Assembly: GCA_964621395.1 (NCBI GenBank)
Contig: CAZULS010000002.1
Location: forward strand, 23,306-87,305
DNA length: 64,000 nucleotides
Direction: 5' to 3'
Source: an uncultured Candidatus Saccharibacteria bacterium
GTDB taxonomy: Bacteria > Patescibacteriota > Minisyncoccia > Phycocordibacterales > JACNGX01
Translations under genes and position numbers: made by a program
Shown here: positions 56,570 through 64,000 of the stretch, in pieces
Position numbering within the stretch: position 1 is the stretch's first letter
Layout: the number at the start of each line of letters is the position of its first letter
Notes under the pieces: generated by a model
What the model saw: the letters and a program-made list of their open reading frames with translations, nothing else
Told to the model about the DNA's origin: nothing
Databases searched by the model: none

Positions 56570-59500
56570 ATGGCGACAAAACAGAAATATTTCTCACGAT
56601 TCAGAAAGCCGCTCGCAAAAATGCCAAACTTGATGGAGAATCAGTTGGCGTCGTTTGAGTGGTTCGTGAAAGATGGTATCAAAGAAATCTTTGATGAGTT
56701 TTCTCCAATCAGCGACTATTCGGGCAAGAAATTTGAGCTCACGTTTGAATCCATCGAGCTCGATAAGCCGAAAGTAAGCGAGCATGAAGCGAAAGTGGGC
56801 GAGGCGACGTATGAGGCGCCGCTCAAGGTTCGCGTGAAGCTCAAAAACAAAACGCTCGGCACGGAGAAGGAGCAGGAGATGTTCATGGCGGATGTACCGC
56901 TCATGACAGAGCACGGCACTTTCGTGATCAACGGCGTGGAGCGTGTGGTTGTGCCGCAGCTTGCGCGAAGCTTCGGTGTGATGTTTATTGCAAACGACGT
57001 GAAGGGCGTGCAGTATTTCGGATCAAAGATTATTCCGGCACGCGGTGCGTGGGTGGAATTTGAAAGCGACCCTGACGGCTGTATCTACGTGCGCGTGGAC
57101 AAGAAGCGTAAGTTTCATGTCTCGTCGCTCTTGCGTGTCTTTGCGGCCGGAGCATCCGATAAGGAAATCATTGCCGCGTTTAAAAAGGACGAAGAAACAA
57201 AGAAGGCAATTGAGCTTACCTTTGAGAAAGATCCGGCAAAAACGCTTGAAGACTCATATATTGAAATCTATCGTCGCCTCCGCGACGGCGAGCTTGCTGC
57301 AGCGAATAATGCACGCGATTTTGTGATAAGCCTCTTTAGCAAGGAAAAATACGATCTCTCTCCGGTAGGGCGTTTTCGTATGAATAAGCGTTTTGGCGCT
57401 TCGATTGAAGACAAGACGATCCACGAACAGCGCACTATTCAGTTTGATGACGTGGTGTCGATTGTGTCGCACATTGTGGAGCTCAATCACACTCCGGATG
57501 CCACGGAAGACAATATCGATCACCTCGGCTCTCGCCGCGTGCGCTTCTTTGGTGAAATGATGCAGCAGAAAGTGCGTATCGGTATGACGCAGATGAAGCG
57601 TAATATCCAAGACCGCATGTCCACCGTGGATTCTGATACCACACTGCCGGTGAACCTCATTTCTCCGCGACCGCTTCAGGCGCGCATGAAAGAGTTTTTC
57701 ACCACGAACCAGCTCTCGCAGTTCATGTCGCAGATCAATATTTTGAATGAGGTGGAACATCTCCGCACGCTTTCGGCACTTGGTCCGGGAGGACTCACAC
57801 GCGAGCGCGCCGGTCTTGAAGTGCGCGACGTGCACCCATCGCACTATGGACGTGTGTGTCCGATTCATACGCCGGAAGGCCCGAACATTGGTTTGATTGT
57901 GCACCTTTCCGTGTACGCTCGTGTGAACCGTTTCGGTATGATTGAAACACCGTATGCGAAAGTGAAGAAGGGTGTGATTACCGATGAGATTGTATTTTTG
58001 GATGCCTTTGAAGAAGAGCAGTGTTATATTGCGCATGCTGCTTCGGGCGTGGACGAGAAGGGCAAGTTTACCGAGGCAACAGTGGCTGTGCGTCATAAAG
58101 GGCGTCCGACACTTGTTGCGCGTGAAGATGTGGAATATATCGACGTGGCAACCAATCAGGCGTTTTCTGTGGCAACATCGATGATTCCGTTCTTGGAACA
58201 CAATGACGCCAACCGTGCGCTCATGGGCTCCAACATGCAAAAACAGGCTGTGCCATGTGTGCGACCTGAGGCACCGCTCGTGATTACCGGTATGGAAGAC
58301 CGCGCTGCGCGCGACACCGGCCGACTCGTGCTCGCAGAAGAAGCGGGAGAGATCACCAAATCAGATGCGAAGAAGATTGTGGTGAAGGAGACAAAGAACG
58401 GTAAAGAGCGCACCTACGAACTTCTCAATTACATGCGCACCAATGAATCGACGGTGCTTCATCAGCGCCCTTCCGTGTCGGTGGGCGACAAGGTGAAGCG
58501 TGGTGATGTGCTTGCAGACGTGTCGTCTTCTGTCGATGGTCGCATGGCAATCGGACAAAACGCGCTTGTTGCCTTCATGCTTTGGGATGGTGCCAATTAT
58601 GAAGACGCTATCATTATTTCCGAACGGCTCGTGCGCGAAAACAAATTCTCCAGCATTAAGATTGAAACATTCTCCGCGAAGGTGCGTGAGACAAAGCTTG
58701 GTCCGGAAGTGACGACACACGATATTCCGAATGTTGGTGAAGCGAAGCTCAAAGACCTCGATGAAGAAGGAGTGGTTCGCATCGGTGCGGAAGTGGAATC
58801 CGGCGATATTTTGGTCGGACGTATTACTCCAAAAGGGGAGACGGAACTCACCGCTGAAGAGCGCTTGCTTCGCAGCATCTTTGGTGATAAAGCACGTGAT
58901 GTGAAAGACACCTCACTGCGCATGGAACACGGAAAGCGTGGACGCGTGGTGGGCGTGAAGGTTTTCTCACGTGACCGCGGCGATAATCTCGATTCCGGTG
59001 TGATGAAGGAAATTCATGTGGAAGTTGCCACGATGCGCAATATCTCGGTGGGTGATAAGCTTGCCGGTCGTCATGGAAACAAGGGTGTTGTTTCCCGCAT
59101 TTTGCCGGTGGAAGACATGCCGTTTATGGAGGATGGAACACCGGTGGATATCATTCTCACACCGCTTGGTGTGCCGTCGCGTATGAACCTCGGTCAGGTA
59201 CTTGAGCTCCACCTTGGGCTCGCAGCACATGAGCTTGGCTATCAGGCTGTGGTGCCAACATTTCTTGGAGCAACCGAAGAAGAGATCAAAGCAGAGCTCA
59301 AGGAAGCCGGCTTTAATGAAAACGGAAAGATGAAGCTCCACGACGGACGCACCGGACGCGCATTTGAGCAGGACATTGCCGTGGGGTATATGCACATGCT
59401 CAAGCTCAATCACATGGTGCAAGATAAGATTCACATGCGTTCGATTGGTCCATACTCGCTCATTACTCAGCAGCCGCTCGGAGGAAAGGCGCAGGAAGGT

Positions 59501-59767
59501 GGGCAGCGTTTTGGAGAGATGGAAGTCTGGGCGCTCGAAGGATACGGTGCCGCCCATGTTTTGCGCGAAATGCTCACAGTCAAATCAGACGATATTCTCG
59601 GTCGAACAGCCACATTTGATGCCATCGTGAAGGGCGACGAGCTGAAAGCTCCGAATACTCCGGCATCATTCAATGTGCTCTTATCAAACCTTCGCGGTCT
59701 CGGACTCGATGTCGCACTCGAACATATCAATGTGACGAAAGAGGAATCCGAAGACGAGGATGCGTAA
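56570..59767 (+). CDS. rpoB: RNA polymerase beta subunit
   Basis: GTFVINGVERV, GDKLAGRHGNKG, GGQRFGEMEVWALE. Confidence 0.99.
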   Translation: MATKQKYFSRFRKPLAKMPNLMENQLASFEWFVKDGIKEIFDEFSPISDYSGKKFELTFESIELDKPKVSEHEAKVGEATYEAPLKVRVKLKNKTLGTEKEQEMFMADVPLMTEHGTFVINGVERVVVPQLARSFGVMFIANDVKGVQYFGSKIIPARGAWVEFESDPDGCIYVRVDKKRKFHVSSLLRVFAAGASDKEIIAAFKKDEETKKAIELTFEKDPAKTLEDSYIEIYRRLRDGELAAANNARDFVISLFSKEKYDLSPVGRFRMNKRFGASIEDKTIHEQRTIQFDDVVSIVSHIVELNHTPDATEDNIDHLGSRRVRFFGEMMQQKVRIGMTQMKRNIQDRMSTVDSDTTLPVNLISPRPLQARMKEFFTTNQLSQFMSQINILNEVEHLRTLSALGPGGLTRERAGLEVRDVHPSHYGRVCPIHTPEGPNIGLIVHLSVYARVNRFGMIETPYAKVKKGVITDEIVFLDAFEEEQCYIAHAASGVDEKGKFTEATVAVRHKGRPTLVAREDVEYIDVATNQAFSVATSMIPFLEHNDANRALMGSNMQKQAVPCVRPEAPLVITGMEDRAARDTGRLVLAEEAGEITKSDAKKIVVKETKNGKERTYELLNYMRTNESTVLHQRPSVSVGDKVKRGDVLADVSSSVDGRMAIGQNALVAFMLWDGANYEDAIIISERLVRENKFSSIKIETFSAKVRETKLGPEVTTHDIPNVGEAKLKDLDEEGVVRIGAEVESGDILVGRITPKGETELTAEERLLRSIFGDKARDVKDTSLRMEHGKRGRVVGVKVFSRDRGDNLDSGVMKEIHVEVATMRNISVGDKLAGRHGNKGVVSRILPVEDMPFMEDGTPVDIILTPLGVPSRMNLGQVLELHLGLAAHELGYQAVVPTFLGATEEEIKAELKEAGFNENGKMKLHDGRTGRAFEQDIAVGYMHMLKLNHMVQDKIHMRSIGPYSLITQQPLGGKAQEGGQRFGEMEVWALEGYGAAHVLREMLTVKSDDILGRTATFDAIVKGDELKAPNTPASFNVLLSNLRGLGLDVALEHINVTKEESEDEDA

Positions 59768-59780
59768 TTATATTAACCAA

Positions 59781-59975
59781 GAACCTTTCTCATATTAAAT
59801 GGCTTATACTCGTGCCAAGGATTCGAGCGAGTCGCAGTCTCGGAGGGTGAAACGTACTATTCGTACGTTGAGACCGAGAGACAAGACGCAGCCGAATACT
59901 TGGTGCGAGGATTGCCAAGCTCTCACACGAAGTGTGGCAAACAATATCAGGAGCGGTTTAATATGAGACAGGTTC
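59781..59975. mobile_element. MITE-like structured element, copy 4 (rpoB-rpoC spacer)
   Basis: TIR GAACCTKTCTCATATTAAA. Internal motifs colinear with copy 2. Confidence 0.8.
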
Positions 59976-59983
59976 TAATAACT

Positions 59984-62900
59984 ATGAACACACACAACAC
60001 ACATGATGACGGTGCGATTGCGAATGATTTCGATGCGATTTCGATTCGTCTTGCCAGCCCTGATGCAATTAAGAACTGGTCCTACGGTGAGGTGACAAAA
60101 CCTGAAACGATCAACTACCGTACCGGTCGCAGTGAACGCGGAGGACTCTTCGATGAGCGTATCTTTGGTCCGGAAAAGGACTATGAATGTTACTGTGGAA
60201 AATACCGTCGTATTCGATATAAAGGTATTGTTTGCGAAAAGTGCGGCGTTGAGGTAACACGTGCGAGCGTGCGTCGTGAACGCATGGGTCACATCGAGCT
60301 TGCGAGCCCGGTGGCGCATATTTGGTTCCTGCGCGGTATTCCGTCGCGCCTCGGGCTGCTTCTTGACACTTCACAGCAAGACCTCGAGAAGGTAGTCTAC
60401 TTTGCCGGCTACATCATTACGAAAGTGAATAATGATGAGCGCAATCGTCTTCTCTCTGAAATGGACAGCGAATACAAGATGAAGTCGAAAGCCGCGGCAA
60501 ATGACACAGAGAAAGACAAGCTCAAAGAAGCGCTTTCGGAAGCAAAACGCGAGCTCTCGTCCATTCAGGTGGGGCTGGTGATTGATGAGACACAATACCA
60601 TCGGTATTCCGTAAAATACGGAACGATGTTTGAAGCGCGTATCGGTGCCGAGGCATTGTATGATTTGTGTTCGGCAATCGAACTCCCCGCAATGGAAAAA
60701 CAGCTCGCTGAGAGACTGGAGAAAGCGGGAAGCGCTGAGAAAACAAAGCTCAATAAACGTCTCTCGCTCGTGCGCTCCATGATCGCTTCGAACATTCGTC
60801 CGGAGTGGATGTTTATTTCGGTGATCCCGGTGATTCCGCCGGGCATTCGTCCGATGGTGCCGCTTGAAGGCGGACGCTATGCCGCCTCTGATGTCAACGA
60901 TCTCTATCGTCGTGTGATCAATCGAAACAATCGTCTTGCCAAGCTCAAAGAAATTGGTGCGCCGGATGTGATTTTGCGTAATGAAAAGCGTATCCTTCAG
61001 GAAGCGGTAGATGCCCTTATCGACAATTCCATGCGCCATCAGACGCAGACGGGTATGGTGGGTGGTCAGCGTCGCGCACTAAAGTCAATTGCCGACGCAC
61101 TTAAAGGAAAGCAGGGTATCTTTCGTCAGAACCTTCTGGGAAAGCGAGTAGATTATTCCGGTCGAAGCGTGATCGTCGTTGGTTCCAATTTGAAGCTCTC
61201 ACAGTGTGGATTGCCGAAGAAGATGGCGCTTGAGCTTTTCCGTCCGTTTGTGATTTCCAAACTCCTTGAACGTGAGCTCGCGTATAATATTCGCGGAGCA
61301 AATCGTCTGATTGAAGAAGGTATTCCGGAAGTGTGGGCAATTCTCGAAGAGGTGATTGAAGGAAAGTATGTGCTTCTCAACCGTGCGCCAACACTGCACC
61401 GCCTCGGTATTCAGGCATTCCGCCCTATCCTCATCGAAGGAAACGCTATTCAGGTGCATCCGCTTGTGTGTACCGCCTTCAATGCCGACTTCGATGGCGA
61501 CCAAATGGCCGTGCACGTGCCGCTCTCGGAAGAAGCACAAGAAGAGGCAGCTGAGCTTATGGCGTCGAATAAGAACCTTCTCGGTCCCGGAAGCGGTGAT
61601 CCGATTGTGAAGCCGTCACAGGATATTGTGCTTGGGTGTTATTGGATGACAAAAGAAATCGAAGGACAAAAAGGAGAAGGGAAGATGTTTCCGACTCCCA
61701 ACAGTGCCATTACCGCATACGACTTTGAGCAGGTAGACTTCCGCGCGAAGATTTTGGTTGCAGGATCGGATCATCCGAAGTATGCGCACTTTGAGGGCAA
61801 GCCGTTTGAGACGACTGTGGGGCGTTTGCTCTTCAACAGTGTGTTGCCGAATGATTTCCCGTATGTGAATGAGGTGGTTGGGAAAAAAGACCTTGCCCGC
61901 ATTATTGATGCACTCATCGTGAAGTATGGTGTGGACGCAACGCCGGATATGCTCGATAAGATTAAAGCTTTCGGATTCAAGTATGCGACAGTCTCAGGTG
62001 CGACATTCAGCATGGATGACGTGCAAGTGCCGGAAGGCAAAAAAGCACTTGTGGAGGAAGCGCGAAAAGAAATCGAAGATGTGGAGGAGCAATTTGCCGA
62101 CGGACTCCTTTCGGGAGAAGAGCGCTATCGTCGCGTGATTGAAATCTGGCAGGGTGTTGTGGGTGAGGTGGAGAAACTCATTCCCGGGACGCTCGATGAG
62201 CACGGACCGATCAACGACATGGTGCGCTCAGGTGCCCGCGGTACCATTACTCAGGTGCGCCAGATGGCGGGTATGAAGGGTATTATTACCAACACTGCCG
62301 GCGCGGCCATCGACTTCCCGATTATTCCTTCCAATAAAGAAGGTCTGTCACCGCTTGAATACTTCATTACCACGCACGGTTCACGTAAGGGTTTGGCCGA
62401 CACCGCGCTTCAAACAGCGAAGGCCGGATACCTCACGCGCCGACTTGTGTATGTTGCCGATAGTGTGATTGTGACGGAAGAGGATTGTGGTACGAAAGAA
62501 GGACGCACCGTGAAGCGCATGAATGAATCGGGCTTTGCGGTGTCGCTTGCGAAGAATATTCGCGGTCGTGTACTTCTTGAGGATGTAAAAGATGCCGACG
62601 GTAAGGTGCTCTATAAGAAGGGTGACCTTCTTGGCAAAGACGAAGCACAAAAGATTGAAGATGCCGGTGTGGAAGAAGTGAAAGTGCGTTCGGTTCTCGG
62701 ATGTAACGCCAAGCATGGTGTGTGTCAGAAGTGTTATGGAACTGATCTTGGCCGCGGACGCGAAGTGGCTCTCGGAGAGCCGGTGGGCGTTGTGGCTGCT
62801 CAAGCTATTGGTGAGCCGGGTACACAGCTGACGATGCGTACCTTCCACTCCGGAGGTGTTGCCACCGAAGGTGGAGATATCACCATGGGCCTTCCCCGTG

Positions 62901-63610
62901 TGGAAGAAGTGTTTGAACGTCGCACCCCGAAATCAAAGGCAGTGATTGCCACCGCCGCAGGTGAGGTAAGCGCTGTGAAGAAAGAAGGTGCAGAGCATAT
63001 TGTTTCGGTGATTCTCGACAAGGCGAAAGGCAAGAAGGGAGAAACTGAATATGTGATTCCGTATCGCCGCAGTCCGATTGTGAAAGCGGGGCAGAGGATT
63101 GAGAAGGGAGATTTCCTTTCCGACGGATCTGCTCATATTCCCGAGCTCTTCAAGTATGCCGGCGCAGAACGCACGCAAGAATACATCATTAGTGAAATTA
63201 GCAAGATTTACGACCTCCAAGGTGCGAGTGTGTCACGTAAACACATTGAAGTGATTGTGAGCCAGATGTTCTCACGCTACCGCATTAAAGATGCGGGCGA
63301 TAGTACATTCGTGCAAGGACAAGTCATCGAACGCAGTGAGCTCATGGCGGCGAATCGCGCACTTTCCGAAGAAGGAAAAGAAGAAGCAAAGGGTGAACAG
63401 CTTGTCTTGGGTATTACGGAAGTATCACTTACCACCAAGAGCTTTCTTGCAGCCGCTTCCTTCCAGCACACCCCGCGTATCTTGATTGAAAACGCAGTGA
63501 AGGGAAGTGTTGATCGTCTGACCGGTATCAAAGAAAATGTCATCCTCGGACGCATTATTCCGGCAGGAACCGGATATTCTGAAGAGGAGTGGGAGAAGAA
63601 GAGTGCGTAG
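59984..63610 (+). CDS. rpoC: RNA polymerase beta' subunit
   Basis: Zn finger, NADFDGDQM, GEPGTQLTMRTFH. Confidence 0.99.
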   Translation: MNTHNTHDDGAIANDFDAISIRLASPDAIKNWSYGEVTKPETINYRTGRSERGGLFDERIFGPEKDYECYCGKYRRIRYKGIVCEKCGVEVTRASVRRERMGHIELASPVAHIWFLRGIPSRLGLLLDTSQQDLEKVVYFAGYIITKVNNDERNRLLSEMDSEYKMKSKAAANDTEKDKLKEALSEAKRELSSIQVGLVIDETQYHRYSVKYGTMFEARIGAEALYDLCSAIELPAMEKQLAERLEKAGSAEKTKLNKRLSLVRSMIASNIRPEWMFISVIPVIPPGIRPMVPLEGGRYAASDVNDLYRRVINRNNRLAKLKEIGAPDVILRNEKRILQEAVDALIDNSMRHQTQTGMVGGQRRALKSIADALKGKQGIFRQNLLGKRVDYSGRSVIVVGSNLKLSQCGLPKKMALELFRPFVISKLLERELAYNIRGANRLIEEGIPEVWAILEEVIEGKYVLLNRAPTLHRLGIQAFRPILIEGNAIQVHPLVCTAFNADFDGDQMAVHVPLSEEAQEEAAELMASNKNLLGPGSGDPIVKPSQDIVLGCYWMTKEIEGQKGEGKMFPTPNSAITAYDFEQVDFRAKILVAGSDHPKYAHFEGKPFETTVGRLLFNSVLPNDFPYVNEVVGKKDLARIIDALIVKYGVDATPDMLDKIKAFGFKYATVSGATFSMDDVQVPEGKKALVEEARKEIEDVEEQFADGLLSGEERYRRVIEIWQGVVGEVEKLIPGTLDEHGPINDMVRSGARGTITQVRQMAGMKGIITNTAGAAIDFPIIPSNKEGLSPLEYFITTHGSRKGLADTALQTAKAGYLTRRLVYVADSVIVTEEDCGTKEGRTVKRMNESGFAVSLAKNIRGRVLLEDVKDADGKVLYKKGDLLGKDEAQKIEDAGVEEVKVRSVLGCNAKHGVCQKCYGTDLGRGREVALGEPVGVVAAQAIGEPGTQLTMRTFHSGGVATEGGDITMGLPRVEEVFERRTPKSKAVIATAAGEVSAVKKEGAEHIVSVILDKAKGKKGETEYVIPYRRSPIVKAGQRIEKGDFLSDGSAHIPELFKYAGAERTQEYIISEISKIYDLQGASVSRKHIEVIVSQMFSRYRIKDAGDSTFVQGQVIERSELMAANRALSEEGKEEAKGEQLVLGITEVSLTTKSFLAAASFQHTPRILIENAVKGSVDRLTGIKENVILGRIIPAGTGYSEEEWEKKSA

Positions 63611-63649
63611 GACCTCTTTTGCGGTGCTGTGCACAGAAGTTGTTTATCT

Positions 63650-64000
63650 ATGTCTGACACCGTCCGCACAATTAAAGAGCGCTTGAATATCGTGGATGTT
63701 ATCGGCGGCTATGTCGATTTGAAGCAAGCAGGCGCGAGCTATAAGGGGTGCTGTCCTTTTCATAATGAAAAGACACCGAGCTTCTTCGTCTCACCTGAGC
63801 GAGGAACCTTTCACTGCTTTGGCTGCGGACGCGGTGGCGATATCTTCACATTCATTGAAGAGCAAGAAGGACTTGATTTTAAAGGCGCGCTCACATTCCT
63901 GGCACATCGTGCCGGTGTGGAGCTTGTGCCGGAAGCCCCGGAGAAACGAGAATTGCGTGATCGCATGTATGAGGCAATGGAGCAGGCGACAATCTTTTTC
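63650..64000 (+). CDS. dnaG: DNA primase (CHC2 zinc finger, runs off the window)
   Basis: Manual translation MSDTVRTIKERLNIVDVIG..CPFHNEKTPSF..HCFGC. Not in the ORF track. Confidence 0.93.
   Translation, partial: MSDTVRTIKERLNIVDVIGGYVDLKQAGASYKGCCPFHNEKTPSFFVSPERGTFHCFGCGRGGDIFTFIEEQEGLDFKGALTFLAHRAGVELVPEAPEKRELRDRMYEAMEQATIFF

Noticed and set aside
1971-63669. Many long antisense or overlapping ORFs (e.g. 1971-3116, 32267-33424, 44723-45769, 57254-58240)
   Set aside because: They are shadows of well-conserved genes on the opposite strand and show no motifs or expression signals of their own.

Overview
Core-chromosome segment of a small-genome bacterium, most likely Patescibacteria/CPR (Parcubacteria-like). 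This is inferred from gene content and order, shortened PheS/PheT/SMC, a NusB-NUDIX fusion, pilT-pilC next to trmD, and Lys/Glu-rich protein tails. Standard code 11 applies (tRNA-Trp CCA, TGA used as stop). Housekeeping genes include clpB, rplY, rpmE, prfA, rpsB-tsf, pheS/pheT, gyrB, thrS, dnaE, dcd, rnhB, rpmF, nusB, rnc, smc, rnr, rpsP-khpA-trmD, pilT-pilC, rpoB-rpoC and the start of dnaG, plus 3 tRNAs (Tyr, Trp, Thr) and an AT-rich HaeIII-type R-M plus ABC-ATPase/TOPRIM-like islet. No transposase, integrase or CRISPR array was seen. The most striking signal is a set of short repeat families. (1) A 24/27/30-nt hairpin element with conserved flanks and a variable stem occurs in frame eight times in five housekeeping genes. 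(2) A ~185-bp TIR-bounded element with compensatory stem changes occurs in four copies, two of which cut the 3' ends off prfA and rpmF. (3) About ten orphan single-gene cassettes carry their own -35/-10 promoter, often an SD and a terminator, and sit next to GC-rich palindromes, whereas many core genes look leaderless. (4) An NYN ribonuclease gene faces a promoter-driven ~55-nt hairpin RNA. All homology statements are from recognition, not from searches.
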